Below are positions 8,572-18,374 of a stretch of DNA of 64,000 bases, one piece after another. A program made the position numbers and the translations under genes. Each line of letters begins with the position of its first letter. Within the stretch, counting starts at the first letter, position 1. The notes under the pieces are model-generated. The model ran no database searches, had not been told where the DNA came from, and worked only from the letters and a program-made list of their open reading frames with translations. The stretch is taken from NCBI GenBank assembly GCA_964644835.1, contig CAZXXW010000001.1, positions 46-64,045 of the forward strand. The letters are read 5' to 3'. Origin of the DNA: an uncultured Anaerolineales bacterium. GTDB lineage: Bacteria; Chloroflexota; Anaerolineae; Anaerolineales; UBA11858.

Positions 8572-8633
8572 GAAGGAAAAACTGCTCCCTGACTTCTAGC
8601 AGCAAGGAGCAGTTTTTCCAAATCACAGAGACA

Positions 8634-10250
8634 TTATTTCTCCACAACCTTGTACATGGTATCCAGCGAGGGGCGGAAAACCGCATCCAAGGTCAGGTCG
8701 AAAACGGTGTCTTTGGTAGCATACAGAGTAACTTCGTGATAAATGGGAGTGAAAGGCGCATCTTCGATGAGCAGGGCCTGAATCTGATCGTAATACTCCT
8801 TGCGGGAATTCTGATCAACTTCAGAGACGGCCTCGTCAATCAGCCTTTGAAGCTGGTCATTTTTGTAGCTGATGCTGTACTTCTGATTGAAAACCCCTTC
8901 CGGGCGGGCCCAGTAGGTCATGAAGTCGTCCGGGTCTCCCGAGGACATCGTGTAAGGGCGCATGCTGATGTGATACTCGTCATTGGCCAGCATCTCGTTC
9001 CAGGTTCCACCCTCGACGGTTTTTATTGCGACATCGATCCCCAGGTCTTCCAATCTAAACTGGATGATTTGGGCGATCTCACCGTAAGGCCAGCGGTTCG
9101 CCAAACCACTGTTGACCACAAAATTCACCTGGACGCGTTCTTCTCCCAGCACAGATTGAGCCAGCTCTTTCGCTTTCTCCAAATCATGCGTCGGGGTGGC
9201 ATCAGGATTGACCCATTTCTCGGCGAGCTGGGTGGTCAAGCTTGTCCCCGGAATGCCGTAACCGTACACCGTTTCTTCCACGATCTGCTCCCGGTCGATG
9301 GCCAGCGAAACCGCCTGGCGCAGTTGCTGGTTGTCGAAGGGGGGCTTATCATTGTTGAAGAACAGGTAATGGGTGGTGAGCACATCAACGGTGAGCAGCT
9401 TCAGATCCGCGTCTGCTTCGATGATCTCCCCCTGGCTGGGGATGATGGAACCGACATCGGCGCGGCTCAGCATGGCGATCTGTTCACGGGTGAACTTGGG
9501 ATTGGTGTCGGCGATGGCGTCAATCTCCCCTGACTGGAGGGCCTGCAAGCGCGTGGTGGAATCGGGGATGTAGCGATAGACCACCCGCTTTACCTTTGGC
9601 GCTTCTCCCCAATAGTCGTCATTGCGTTCCAGGACAATCCGTTCGCCTTCCACATACTCCACAAATTTGAACGGCCCTGTGCCGTAGGGGACAGGTTGGT
9701 CTTCATCTGCCTGATCGTGCGTGGCCGGTGAGAGCATGGCAGACTGGAAGTATCCCAGCAGATCGGGGAGTGCCGGGGTGGATTCGGTCAGCTTGATCAC
9801 AAAGGACGACTCATCGAGAACTTCCATCGAATCCAACGTGGGCAGAGGGGTGTAGTTCTCATGGATGCCTTGCAAGTTGTCGACCGCCACCCCAGCGGTT
9901 AGCGGAGTGCCATCATGGAAGCTGATTCCATCTTGAAGATGAAAGGTCCACTCGGTCATGTCCTGATTATGTTCCCAGGATTCAGCCAGATACGGCTGGG
10001 GGCTCATGTTCTGGTCGGGATAGACCAACGGTTCCCAAACATGCAGCGAGCCATGGATCATGTGCCATTGGGTGTTTCCATAATACAGATCCCTACCAAT
10101 ACCGATCACAATTTCATCCGCGTACTCGATTGTGCTTTGCGGGGCTTCGGTGGGTTCTTCTGCCTCTTCCGTCGCCATGGGATTACAGCCCGACATCAGA
10201 AGCAAGGCCAGTAAAAGCAAGATAAGCGTGCGAAAACCAAATTTTTTCAT
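8634..10250 (-). CDS. ABC transporter substrate-binding lipoprotein, family 5 (peptide/nickel)
   Basis: 538 aa with a lipobox LLLMSGC. The family-5 SBP length and motifs are present (YGTGPFKFVEY..., DDYWGE). It is first in the SBP-permease-permease order. Confidence 0.9.
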   Translation of the reverse strand: MKKFGFRTLILLLLALLLMSGCNPMATEEAEEPTEAPQSTIEYADEIVIGIGRDLYYGNTQWHMIHGSLHVWEPLVYPDQNMSPQPYLAESWEHNQDMTEWTFHLQDGISFHDGTPLTAGVAVDNLQGIHENYTPLPTLDSMEVLDESSFVIKLTESTPALPDLLGYFQSAMLSPATHDQADEDQPVPYGTGPFKFVEYVEGERIVLERNDDYWGEAPKVKRVVYRYIPDSTTRLQALQSGEIDAIADTNPKFTREQIAMLSRADVGSIIPSQGEIIEADADLKLLTVDVLTTHYLFFNNDKPPFDNQQLRQAVSLAIDREQIVEETVYGYGIPGTSLTTQLAEKWVNPDATPTHDLEKAKELAQSVLGEERVQVNFVVNSGLANRWPYGEIAQIIQFRLEDLGIDVAIKTVEGGTWNEMLANDEYHISMRPYTMSSGDPDDFMTYWARPEGVFNQKYSISYKNDQLQRLIDEAVSEVDQNSRKEYYDQIQALLIEDAPFTPIYHEVTLYATKDTVFDLTLDAVFRPSLDTMYKVVEK

Positions 10251-10287
10251 GTTTATTCTCCTTCTTGTGCTACGACAGAATATTTTG

Positions 10288-11139
10288 TTAGGGATGAGAG
10301 AAAGAGCGTTTTTTAAACTTTGTCTGCTTGTCTCGATCCAGACAGACCAGGGCCATCAAGCGTTCTTGGAAAATACCAACGTGGCCATTCCGCTTCGTGA
10401 TCAGGGGCAGAAGCGCCTCACGAAGTTCCTCCCGCTGGTGCCCCTCAACTTGGAGCTTGTTCCGCCACCAGGAGATCAATCCATCCCAATCCGAGAACAC
10501 ATAATTTTGGCTGGTAGGGATGATGTCTACATCGGCGTAAAGCCCCATATCCAGCAGAACCGGATAGAGGAAATCCAACTGGGGCGGGATAACCCTACTC
10601 TCCCCGCGAAACCGCTGGTAGAGGGATTGCTTCCATGGAGAGACTGACCCGCTACCCAGCAAGATCGCCAGATAGTTGGTCAGGGGCAGCAGGGTTTCCA
10701 GGAGAACGTCAATCTGCTTCACGTTGTAGAGCGAAAACGAAGCAAAAATCAATTGGAAGGGGGCAGCTTCTCTTATGAGGGAAAGACAATCCTCAATTTT
10801 TTGCGGAAGGACCTGGCTGTTCTTGTGCCCTCCCCGTTTTCGCTTTTCGTTCAAAATTTCCCGCATGCCCGAGGAAGGTTCGACGGCAATGAGACGGTCT
10901 GCTTTCTGCGCCAGCGGGATGGTGAAAGCCCCTGTCCCCGCACCAATTTCCAAGACCTGTGCTCCCCTGCCGAGAAGCGGTTGAAGATAGGGAAGCCCAT
11001 TTTCTACGTAATCGTTTTCTCGAACCCAGGTTTGATACCAACCCGCAGCTTTTTTCCAGTGCTGCGCGTCGTGTTCAGATCGATCCTGTCGACAAAGCTC
11101 GATTTGATCTTTCCAGCGTTCAAGGGCTGTCGTCATCAA
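10288..11139 (-). CDS. Class I SAM-dependent methyltransferase
   Basis: 283 aa. Motif I is VLEIGAGTGAFTIPLA, followed by the acidic loop LIAVEPS. Confidence 0.8.
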   Translation of the reverse strand: MMTTALERWKDQIELCRQDRSEHDAQHWKKAAGWYQTWVRENDYVENGLPYLQPLLGRGAQVLEIGAGTGAFTIPLAQKADRLIAVEPSSGMREILNEKRKRGGHKNSQVLPQKIEDCLSLIREAAPFQLIFASFSLYNVKQIDVLLETLLPLTNYLAILLGSGSVSPWKQSLYQRFRGESRVIPPQLDFLYPVLLDMGLYADVDIIPTSQNYVFSDWDGLISWWRNKLQVEGHQREELREALLPLITKRNGHVGIFQERLMALVCLDRDKQTKFKKRSFSHP

Positions 11140-11357
11140 TTCACTCCTGCATACACGCCACTATTACCAAAGAATGTTATTGCAATTATATGCAACAGAT
11201 ATCAAACGCAAAAATTATATGTGATGATTAAAGTTTCCGCAAGACAAGCTGTTCAGCAATTTCATCTTCATCTTTGGTACAATTACGCCGTTCAAAGTAT
11301 AGAAAAGCATCGCGGTCGCAGTGACCAAACTCAACCCACAAGCAACCAGCGTAGATT

Positions 11358-12470
11358 ATGATTGACAAAAATAGAAAAACTGTCGTAGTAGCCATGTCCG
11401 GGGGTGTCGATTCCTCCGTTTGTGCCGCGCTCTTGAAAGAGCAAGGCTATGACGTCATTGGGATGATGCTGCGGCTGTGGAGCGTGCCGGGCAAAGAGGC
11501 CGAAAACCGCTGCTGCACGGTCGATGCGATGAATCAGGCCCGGCGCATCGCCGCCCAACTGGAAATCCCCTTTTACGCCATCGACGCAAAGGAGTCTTTC
11601 CGCGAGACCGTGGTGGATTATTTTATCAATGGCTATACGCAAGGAATCACGCCTAATCCCTGCCTGATCTGCAACCGCCACATCCGCTGGGGCCTGCTGC
11701 TCGATCGCGCCTTGGCGGCTGGTGCCGACTTGTTCGCAACGGGGCATTACGCCCGGTTGAAAGAAACGCCCAGCGGGCAGATCCAACTGCTGCGCGGCGT
11801 GGACAAACAAAAAGACCAATCGTACTTTTTGCATCTCCTCAACCAAGAGCAACTCACGCATACCCTGCTCCCCCTGGGCATTTACACCAAGCCGCAAGTG
11901 CGGGAAATGGCTCAACGTTTCAATCTACCGACCGCCAATCGCCCCGACAGCCAGGATCTTTGCTTTCTTGGCGACGACACGCTGGAAGCGTTTCTCATCC
12001 AGCAAGCGCCAGAAACGGTCAACCCCGGGCCGATTTTGAACCCCCAGGGAGAGGAGATCGGCCAGCACCGCGGCCTGGCTTTCTATACCATCGGCCAACG
12101 GCGCAGGCTCGGCATCGCTGCGCCGCGTCCCCTCTACGTGATCGAAAAAGTTATCAAAAACAACGCCCTGATCGTCGGGTACCGGGAAGAACTCGGCCGC
12201 GACGATTTGACCGCCCATGATGTCAACTGGATTCCGGGACAGCCGCCGGAGAAACCGATACGAGCCGAGATCAAAATCCGTTACAAAGCCCGCCCGGTCT
12301 GGGGGCTGGTCACGCCGCGTGGCGAGAGCAAGGTCCAGATTCAACTCGAAGAGGCCCTGCGCGACATCACCCCGGGGCAAGCGGCCGTCTTTTACGATGG
12401 AGACATCTGTCTCGGTGGCGGCACAATCGCATCAGCTTTCCCCCGATCAGACCGCGAGATGATATACTAG
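11358..12470 (+). CDS. mnmA: tRNA 2-thiouridine(34) synthase MnmA
   Basis: 370 aa. It has the PP-loop VVVAMSGGVDSSV, the catalytic Cys context (NPCLICNRHIRWG) and DQSYFL. Confidence 0.95.
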   Translation: MIDKNRKTVVVAMSGGVDSSVCAALLKEQGYDVIGMMLRLWSVPGKEAENRCCTVDAMNQARRIAAQLEIPFYAIDAKESFRETVVDYFINGYTQGITPNPCLICNRHIRWGLLLDRALAAGADLFATGHYARLKETPSGQIQLLRGVDKQKDQSYFLHLLNQEQLTHTLLPLGIYTKPQVREMAQRFNLPTANRPDSQDLCFLGDDTLEAFLIQQAPETVNPGPILNPQGEEIGQHRGLAFYTIGQRRRLGIAAPRPLYVIEKVIKNNALIVGYREELGRDDLTAHDVNWIPGQPPEKPIRAEIKIRYKARPVWGLVTPRGESKVQIQLEEALRDITPGQAAVFYDGDICLGGGTIASAFPRSDREMIY

Positions 12471-12474
12471 AATC

Positions 12475-12741
12475 ATGACCCTCCCGGCACTTTTGTTTGG
12501 CTTCCTGATCGCCAGCCTCTATGGCACTATCTTCCATTTGTGGCGAGGCGGTAGCCTGGGCCGGTTGCTGCTGTATCAATTTCTGTCCCAATTGGGCTTT
12601 TGGATTGGGCATCTTCTGGGCAAACGCTGGGGTTGGAACATTTTCAGCCTGGGTCCGCTGTGGCTGGGAACAGCCACACTCGGAGCGGTCGCCTGGTTGA
12701 TCCTGGGGCATTGGCTCAGTCTTGTTGATCAAAAAGAGTAA
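12475..12741 (+). CDS. Small hydrophobic protein (3 TM helices), function unknown
   Basis: 88 aa. The ATG lies 4 nt after the mnmA stop. Composition is consistently hydrophobic. I recognise no family. Confidence 0.5.
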   Translation: MTLPALLFGFLIASLYGTIFHLWRGGSLGRLLLYQFLSQLGFWIGHLLGKRWGWNIFSLGPLWLGTATLGAVAWLILGHWLSLVDQKE

Positions 12742-12763
12742 GCGAAATAACGAAGGAAAACGT

Positions 12764-13339
12764 ATGCCTAAAAGAAGACATTCCCGACGACGCCCCGGCC
12801 CCAGCAATCGAATCCAGGCCGCTAAAGTCCAGGCGATGAGGCAATTGCGCCAAGCTCACCGCCATATGGAAAAAGCCGAATTCGACAGCGCCGCGGCCAT
12901 CTTTGAGACGCTCGCCCGCAAAGCCCGCGACCGGGGGATGCTTCGGCAGGCGCCGAGGCTCTATCTCCAGGCAGGCAAGGCCCACGTTCTGGCCGGGCAC
13001 CAAGATCGGGGCCAAGACGCACTCCAACAGGGGTTGGACATCCTCGCTGAAACAGAACGCTGGCCCGCGCTCGATCAGGCCGGGCATCGGGTGATCGACG
13101 AATTGGAATCCTGGGGATATGATCAGATCGCTGAAGGATTCAAATCCTGGCTCAAAGATACCCTTCCCGATGACAAAGATGTCTATCAACGCCCGGCAAG
13201 AGCCCTGCGACGGCCAGCCTTGCCACTGAAATGTCCCTCCTGTGGCGGACCCTTGCGACCGGAAGAAGTTGAGTGGCTGGATCACGTCACCGCGGCGTGC
13301 CCCTATTGCGGTGGGAGCGTGCGGGCAGAAAGAGCTTGA
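12764..13339 (+). CDS. Hypothetical protein with a C-terminal CxxC...CxxC zinc ribbon
   Basis: I prefer ATG 12764 (GAAGGA SD) over the TTG at 12722. The body is helical and TPR-like. The C-terminus is KCPSCGGPLRPEEVEWLDHVTAACPYCGGSV. Confidence 0.6.
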   Translation: MPKRRHSRRRPGPSNRIQAAKVQAMRQLRQAHRHMEKAEFDSAAAIFETLARKARDRGMLRQAPRLYLQAGKAHVLAGHQDRGQDALQQGLDILAETERWPALDQAGHRVIDELESWGYDQIAEGFKSWLKDTLPDDKDVYQRPARALRRPALPLKCPSCGGPLRPEEVEWLDHVTAACPYCGGSVRAERA

Positions 13340-13347
13340 TCGCCTCG

Positions 13348-13971
13348 ATGCTGTTAACCGAGCGTGAAATCGTCCACCGGTTGGAGCGAGCCTACGACCC
13401 CAACCAGCCCCCCGAATGTCCCCATCCACCAGAAGAATCAAACAAACCGCCCAGATCCGCGGCGGTATTGATCCCTTTTCTCGAAATAGACGATCAATGG
13501 CATTTACTGTTGATCAAACGGAGTCTCAACCCCCACGATCCACATGGTGGACAGGTGGCCTTTCCCGGTGGGCGCCGAATACCATCAGATGAGAACATTC
13601 TAACCGCGGCCTTGCGCGAGGCGGAAGAGGAAATCGGTCTATCACCCGATGATGTCCATATCTGGGGGCGAATTCGCGACCTGATGACGATCACCAATTA
13701 TCGCGTCTCGCCCTTTGTCGGCAAGATGCCTTGGCCCTACCCTGTCGTCCCCCAAGAGGCCGAGGTCAGCCGTATTTTTCACGTCCCCCTAGCGTGGCTG
13801 GCCAGCAGAAAGAATCGCAAAACTCGCCAGCGATCGCTGCGCTTTCATGGCGAACCGATTCCGGTAATTTATTTTCAAATCTATCAGGGAGAAAAGCTCT
13901 GGGGAGCCAGTGCCCGGATGACGATGATGCTGCTCGAAGCCTTGGGGTTATCCCAGTCCGAGGAGCGCTAA
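13348..13971 (+). CDS. Nudix hydrolase, CoA pyrophosphatase-like
   Basis: The Nudix box is GGRRIPSDENILTAALREAEEEIGL. It is preceded by the CoA-type motif LLLIKRSLNPHDPHGGQVAFPGG. ATG 13348 follows the upstream stop. Confidence 0.85.
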   Translation: MLLTEREIVHRLERAYDPNQPPECPHPPEESNKPPRSAAVLIPFLEIDDQWHLLLIKRSLNPHDPHGGQVAFPGGRRIPSDENILTAALREAEEEIGLSPDDVHIWGRIRDLMTITNYRVSPFVGKMPWPYPVVPQEAEVSRIFHVPLAWLASRKNRKTRQRSLRFHGEPIPVIYFQIYQGEKLWGASARMTMMLLEALGLSQSEER

Positions 13972-14057
13972 CCATAAAAAAAGTGACAGCCCGTAGCGGG
14001 GAACAAAGGACTGTCACTCGAATCGTTCTAACTTTCGAATTTTTAACGCTGCAAGAA

Positions 14058-14741
14058 TCAACTGCTCTTTGTGGGCATGTAGCGGGCTAACTTGGCCGCC
14101 AGGTTGGAGAGCGGCAGGCTCTGCATCCATACTTTGCCCGGACCCTGGAGCGTGGCCAAGAAGAGGCCCTCGCCGGAGAAGAAGATATTCTTGAGGCCCT
14201 TGACGCGGGAAATATCATAATTGACGGTCGGCTCGAACATAGCAATATGGCCAGGGTCGACGCGCATGGTCTCTCCAGCAGACAATTCATATTCGCGCAA
14301 TTCACCGGGGATTTCGATGAAAGCGACGCCCGGCCCGGTGATCTTTTGCAAGATGAAGCCCTCACCACCGAAAAAGCCAGTGCCTAATTTTTTGCGGAAG
14401 TGCATTTCCAATTTGACAGAATCTTCAGCACACATGAAGGCATCTTTCTGACAGATCAGCGATTGGCCAGCAGCCAAATGGATGTCCAAAACCTTTCCGG
14501 GAACTTCCGGGGTGAAGGTGATCAAACCATCCGGGCTCTGGCAAGTGTAGGTGGTCATGAACAGCGACTCGCCCGAAAGCGCCCGCCCCAATCCGGCCAT
14601 GACACCGCCCCTGGTGTTGGTATCCATGGCAATTTTGCCCCGCATCCAGGCCATGCCGCCGGACTCGGTGTAAACCGCCTCGCCTTGTTTAAGGTGAATA
14701 TCGAGTGTTTGCATCACAGTGCCGTAAATTTTGTAGTCCAT
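14058..14741 (-). CDS. TIGR00266/AIM24 (DUF124) family protein
   Basis: It starts MDYKIYGTVMQTLDIHLKQGEAVYTESGGMAWM and ends ...GPGKVWMQSLP. ATG 14741 has an AAAGGAGAA SD. Confidence 0.8.
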   Translation of the reverse strand: MDYKIYGTVMQTLDIHLKQGEAVYTESGGMAWMRGKIAMDTNTRGGVMAGLGRALSGESLFMTTYTCQSPDGLITFTPEVPGKVLDIHLAAGQSLICQKDAFMCAEDSVKLEMHFRKKLGTGFFGGEGFILQKITGPGVAFIEIPGELREYELSAGETMRVDPGHIAMFEPTVNYDISRVKGLKNIFFSGEGLFLATLQGPGKVWMQSLPLSNLAAKLARYMPTKSS

Positions 14742-14813
14742 AGAAGTTCTCCTTTGAAACACGAGATCAGATGAGATTTAGAGAATAGCACAATTCGAGT
14801 CGCTGTCAATGGT

Positions 14814-15473
14814 TTATTCGGCGACGCCAACCAACTCGACAGCGTCGATTTCGTTCCAACCCAACCCAAGGGAAGATTGATCCACCGTAACCCGAACGGT
14901 ATCGTAGCGTTGTTTGGTTCGTTCAATCTCGATGGAAAGGATGTAGGGACAGGGCTGATCAACCGGAACCGGGGGTTGGTCGTAAATAACGAGCGAATCT
15001 CCAAAATCGTCGACCAGTTCAACCTTGACAACCTGGTTGGGGTTGAAGGTCTGGTGAATGTTTACGCCGGTGACATAAACGGCTTCTTCATACCGGAGCA
15101 GCAACCATTCGACGGAATCTGGGCCGGCGGAGGCCCAGGCTGTTTGCAAGTCGCCGCAACGGCGGGTGTCGGGTTGGCCCGTCGCTTGCCGGGGGGACCA
15201 CTCTCGCTCGTCGTCGTCGGAGAAGGAAGAACTGGCTTCGGCTTCCTGAGCCCACTGGGAAATGGTATCGGCATCGGGTTCGGCGGGGGGCAGATCGGCA
15301 GCGGGTGGCTGCGTTGCCGTTGGGGTGGGGGTTTCATCGGCGGTTTGGGGCAGGGAAACGGCACAAGCACTCAACAACGGAACCAGGCTGCAAAACAGGC
15401 CGAGGCGCCAGATGGCCCACGCAAACTTTCTAGGTTCTGACATCAAAGTACACATCCTATTGACTATTTTCAT
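14814..15473 (-). CDS. Lipoprotein, function unknown (Pro/Thr/Ala linker plus a ~130 aa beta-rich domain)
   Basis: The lipobox is LLSAC. The linker is low-complexity PTPTATQPPAADLPPAEPD. The domain reads ...WASAGPDSVEWLLLRYEEAVYVTGVNIHQTFNPNQVVKVELVD...WNEIDAVELVG. The start could instead be the internal Met at 15443. Confidence 0.65.
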   Translation of the reverse strand: MKIVNRMCTLMSEPRKFAWAIWRLGLFCSLVPLLSACAVSLPQTADETPTPTATQPPAADLPPAEPDADTISQWAQEAEASSSFSDDDEREWSPRQATGQPDTRRCGDLQTAWASAGPDSVEWLLLRYEEAVYVTGVNIHQTFNPNQVVKVELVDDFGDSLVIYDQPPVPVDQPCPYILSIEIERTKQRYDTVRVTVDQSSLGLGWNEIDAVELVGVAE

Positions 15474-15485
15474 GCTGTTAATAAG

Positions 15486-15521
15486 AAAAAATCCCGCCCG
15501 AAGTGCTCGGCGGGATTTTTG
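15486..15521. terminator. Bidirectional intrinsic terminator-like hairpin downstream of rplY
   Basis: The stem is aaaatcccgcc / ggcgggatttt with a 10-nt loop. It is flanked by an A-run on one side and a T-run on the other. Confidence 0.6.
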
Positions 15522-15527
15522 ATTTGA

Positions 15528-16217
15528 TTACTCGGTTTCTTCTGGTTCGAATTCTTCTTCCTCTTCGGTCTTGCCTTTCTCGATGACCTCCGGCTCCTCC
15601 AGGCCAAGCTCCAGATCGAGGAGTTCTTCTTCCTCTTCGGTTTCCTCGACCAAAATTTCGGACGGTGGGGTAGCGACTACGAGCATAGTGCTGGGATCGT
15701 CGAGGATGTTGATCCCCTCGGGGAGATCAAGATCACGCACCAGAACGGTGTCACCAATTTTCTTCAAAGCAGAGACATCAACAACAATTTGCTCCGGCAG
15801 CTCGCGGGGCATGCATTCGATTTCGAGTGCGTCCAGACCGGCGACGAGCAAAGCGCCATGCTCTTCTACAGCAGTTGATTCGTCGTCGCTGAGGACCAAT
15901 TCGACAAAAGCGCGCACTTTTTCGTCAAGCGCAAGCGCTTGAAAATCGACATGGAGCAACTCACGGAGCAAAATGCTCTTTTGTTGGTCCCGAGCCAAGA
16001 CGACATATTCTTCGCCGTCAACAAACAAGGTTATCAATGTTGACGAACTGGCATCTCGGAGAACATCAGCGGCTTTCCGCTGATCCAGCGTAATGGGGGT
16101 CGGCTCTACACCATAGCCATAAACCACGGCGGGGAGTTTACCATCCTTACGGAGATGTTTTACTTTTTTGCCAACCACTTCGCGGTGGGTGGCTTCCAAT
16201 ACAAATTTTTCAGCCAT
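15528..16217 (-). CDS. rplY: 50S ribosomal protein L25 / general stress protein Ctc
   Basis: 229 aa. It starts MAEKFVLEATHREVVGKKVKHLRKDGKLPAVVYGYG and has an acidic C-terminal tail. Confidence 0.95.
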   Translation of the reverse strand: MAEKFVLEATHREVVGKKVKHLRKDGKLPAVVYGYGVEPTPITLDQRKAADVLRDASSSTLITLFVDGEEYVVLARDQQKSILLRELLHVDFQALALDEKVRAFVELVLSDDESTAVEEHGALLVAGLDALEIECMPRELPEQIVVDVSALKKIGDTVLVRDLDLPEGINILDDPSTMLVVATPPSEILVEETEEEEELLDLELGLEEPEVIEKGKTEEEEEFEPEETE

Positions 16218-16280
16218 ATAAATCCTTCCTCGGAACGCCTCTCACCCATCATCGCGATGGATTACCCTCGCTCCTCCAAG

Positions 16281-16844
16281 CTAATATTCTTCTCTGCGGC
16301 CAGTGATCAATTTGCCGAGCCAAAGAACCAACCCGATGGCCACTCCGGCGGTCAATCCGGCCAGCATGGCACGGGGCGTATCCAGCGTGGTTTCTACTTC
16401 ACCTTCGACTTGACCGGCCAGCAGCACGGTTGTTTTTATCTTGTCACCCCTGACCTGGCGTCCAACAAGAACACCGGACAGCGAGTCCTGGGACATGATT
16501 GTGTCGGCAAAGGCAACGCCAATGCCACTATCTACAATGGTCAGTGTTTTAGCACGGATCGTGCCAACACCCCCATCGTTTAGGTGGACGGTTTCGCCGT
16601 TGACAACCAGGGCGCCGCCCTGCGAGATGTTGACGTCTTGGGCATTGACTTGAACTGCGCCCCCCTGCTGGAGTTCTACCTCATTGGCCTGGATCGTCTC
16701 AACACCACTTTGCTGCATCCGGACGATATCAGCATCAATTTTGCCAATCGGTGTTTTCGTCAAGTTGATCACATCTGCGCTGACATCTTGAGACTCCACA
16801 TCGCCTGAAACAAACTCTTGTGGTGCTTCTTGTTCTGGGCTCAT
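16281..16844 (-). CDS. Membrane-anchored protein with beta-helix-like G/V/N-rich repeats (function unknown)
   Basis: 187 aa. Short repeats are present (QQGGAVQVNAQDVNISQGGALVVNGETVHLNDGGVGTI). A C-terminal TM helix is present (LAGLTAGVAIGLVLWLGKLI). A GGAGG SD is present. Confidence 0.6.
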   Translation of the reverse strand: MSPEQEAPQEFVSGDVESQDVSADVINLTKTPIGKIDADIVRMQQSGVETIQANEVELQQGGAVQVNAQDVNISQGGALVVNGETVHLNDGGVGTIRAKTLTIVDSGIGVAFADTIMSQDSLSGVLVGRQVRGDKIKTTVLLAGQVEGEVETTLDTPRAMLAGLTAGVAIGLVLWLGKLITGRREEY

Positions 16845-16856
16845 GACTACCTCCGC

Positions 16857-16935
16857 AAAAAAACGTCGTCACCGCGTTGCTGGCGACGACATCGTAACTG
16901 ATCGAGATTCTAACGGGGTTGTGCTTATTCGTCAA
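16857..16935 (-). promoter_or_regulatory. Promoter plus terminator-like hairpin in the 5' leader of 16281..16844
   Basis: On the minus strand the promoter reads TTGACG (16935..16930), 17 nt, TAGAAT (16912..16907). A hairpin GTCGTCGCC..GGTGACGAC (16890..16865) is followed by TTTTTTT (16863..16857). GGAGG and ATG 16844 follow. Confidence 0.45.
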
Positions 16936-17071
16936 TAGTCGGTTTCTTTCACAAATCAAAGAAAGCGCTTCCGAAACCGGTCGAATGTTTCACCCAAGAA
17001 CAGCGGAATGCGTGTAAAATACGAAGCGAGTTCAAAGGCTCTCCGATTAGAGAACACAGAAAGGATGCTTC

Positions 17072-17971
17072 GTGGAAACAAAACTGGCTCATCAAAAACC
17101 ACCCGCTGGCTTGGTTATCTACCTAATTTTGGCATTCGGCATCACCTGGTTAGGCTGGATTCCTGCGCTAGTGATCGCCGATTCTCAAGGGTATACGCTG
17201 CCAACCATCGCGAATTTCAGCCAAGTCCTTCAAGCGGGTTTCGTCAATTTGCAGCATGTGCTCCTTTCGATCATGTTCAGCCTGGCGGTCTATGGTCCGC
17301 TGGTTGGCGGGCTCGTGGCTACACGCATCGAATCGGGCAAAAAAGGGCTCACTGGTCTCTTCAAGCGTACTATCAAGTGGCGGGTAGGAATCAAGTGGTA
17401 CGTCTTTGCCCTTGGTATTGCTATCGTCATGCCCATCTTGCCCCGGCTGATTGCAGAAATGACCGGCCAAATGGACCCCCAAGCAGGGGACGCTCACGTC
17501 TGGTCGCTGCCGCTCCTGGCAGGGGTGTTCCTGTGGCAACTCATCACCAGCGGTCTGGGCGAGGAGCCGGGGTGGCGGGGTTACTTGCTGCCTCGCTTTC
17601 AATCTCGGCATGGCGAACAGAAAGCGATATGGCTTCTTGGACTTGTCTGGGCTGTTTGGCATTATCCCTTCACGATTTATGATACAGTGACAAACATGGG
17701 CGCTGTGCCGTTCATCGGCGTAGTGATTACGCTCCTGATGGCACTCTTGGGCCAAACCCTGTCCCTGATCGGCATGACCCATTTGTATGTCTGGCTCTAC
17801 GACAACACACAAAGCGTCTTTCTGGCGATCATGTTTCATGCCTTGACGAATGTTCTCCCCAGAATCTTGCTCGCAGGTGTGAGCCCATCGCTGAGCCTGC
17901 TCGTCGCGGTGATGCCCTGGGGCGTGGTCTTCGCTCTGGAGCGAGGAAACGTGCTATCAAAAGAGAATTAG
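17072..17971 (+). CDS. CPBP family intramembrane glutamic endopeptidase (CAAX protease-like)
   Basis: 299 aa and polytopic. Motif 1 is GEEPGWRGYLLPR. Motif 2 is FHALTN. WAVWH is also present. Confidence 0.85.
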   Translation: METKLAHQKPPAGLVIYLILAFGITWLGWIPALVIADSQGYTLPTIANFSQVLQAGFVNLQHVLLSIMFSLAVYGPLVGGLVATRIESGKKGLTGLFKRTIKWRVGIKWYVFALGIAIVMPILPRLIAEMTGQMDPQAGDAHVWSLPLLAGVFLWQLITSGLGEEPGWRGYLLPRFQSRHGEQKAIWLLGLVWAVWHYPFTIYDTVTNMGAVPFIGVVITLLMALLGQTLSLIGMTHLYVWLYDNTQSVFLAIMFHALTNVLPRILLAGVSPSLSLLVAVMPWGVVFALERGNVLSKEN

Positions 17972-18070
17972 GTTCTTAATCCAATTAAGCAGGCATGTTG
18001 CTGCTCACAACACGCCTGCTTGACGCGTTAAAGCTTGCTTTTCGCCGCGACTGGTCTCAGGATAGCGATA

Positions 18071-18346
18071 TTAGCCTAATTTGACCGGCTTATCCTGCTC
18101 ACCCTCATACCAATCCAGCTCGATCTCCAGGTCTCGCTTAACTCGATTCCCTTTTTTGGTTTTCTTTGTCGCTTTGATCTCAAATTCAACAAATTCGGGA
18201 ATCTCGATTCTGGTTTCCTCGGTACCCTGTAAAAGTACCACCTCGCCCTCGGCGATCTTGTCAGCAAACTGATGTAAAAAGTCTGCCACGCTTTGGCGGT
18301 CTTTCTTTTCTTCGCTTCGGAACAAGACTCTTTTCCTTCCAGACAT
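18071..18346 (-). CDS. Amphi-Trp domain-containing small protein
   Basis: I chose ATG 18346 (AAGGAG SD) because the longer ORF would overlap the upstream gene. The sequence is ...SVADFLHQFADKIAEGEVVLLQGTEETRIEIPEFVEFEIKATKKTKKGNRVKRDLEIELDW. Confidence 0.7.
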   Translation of the reverse strand: MSGRKRVLFRSEEKKDRQSVADFLHQFADKIAEGEVVLLQGTEETRIEIPEFVEFEIKATKKTKKGNRVKRDLEIELDWYEGEQDKPVKLG

Positions 18347-18374
18347 TATCCAGCATCTCCTTCGTGCAAGAAAC

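Noticed and set aside
11331-11915. 194 aa minus-strand ORF
   Set aside because: It is antisense to mnmA, whose PP-loop and catalytic motifs are unambiguous. It has no recognisable motifs.
12716-13441. 241 aa minus-strand ORF
   Set aside because: It overlaps two plus-strand genes with clear features: a zinc-ribbon protein with an SD, and a Nudix hydrolase with a Nudix box.
17008-17839. ORFs 17008..17682(+) and 17168..17839(-)
   Set aside because: They are alternative-frame or antisense shadows of the CPBP protease gene (17072..17971), which has both catalytic motifs.
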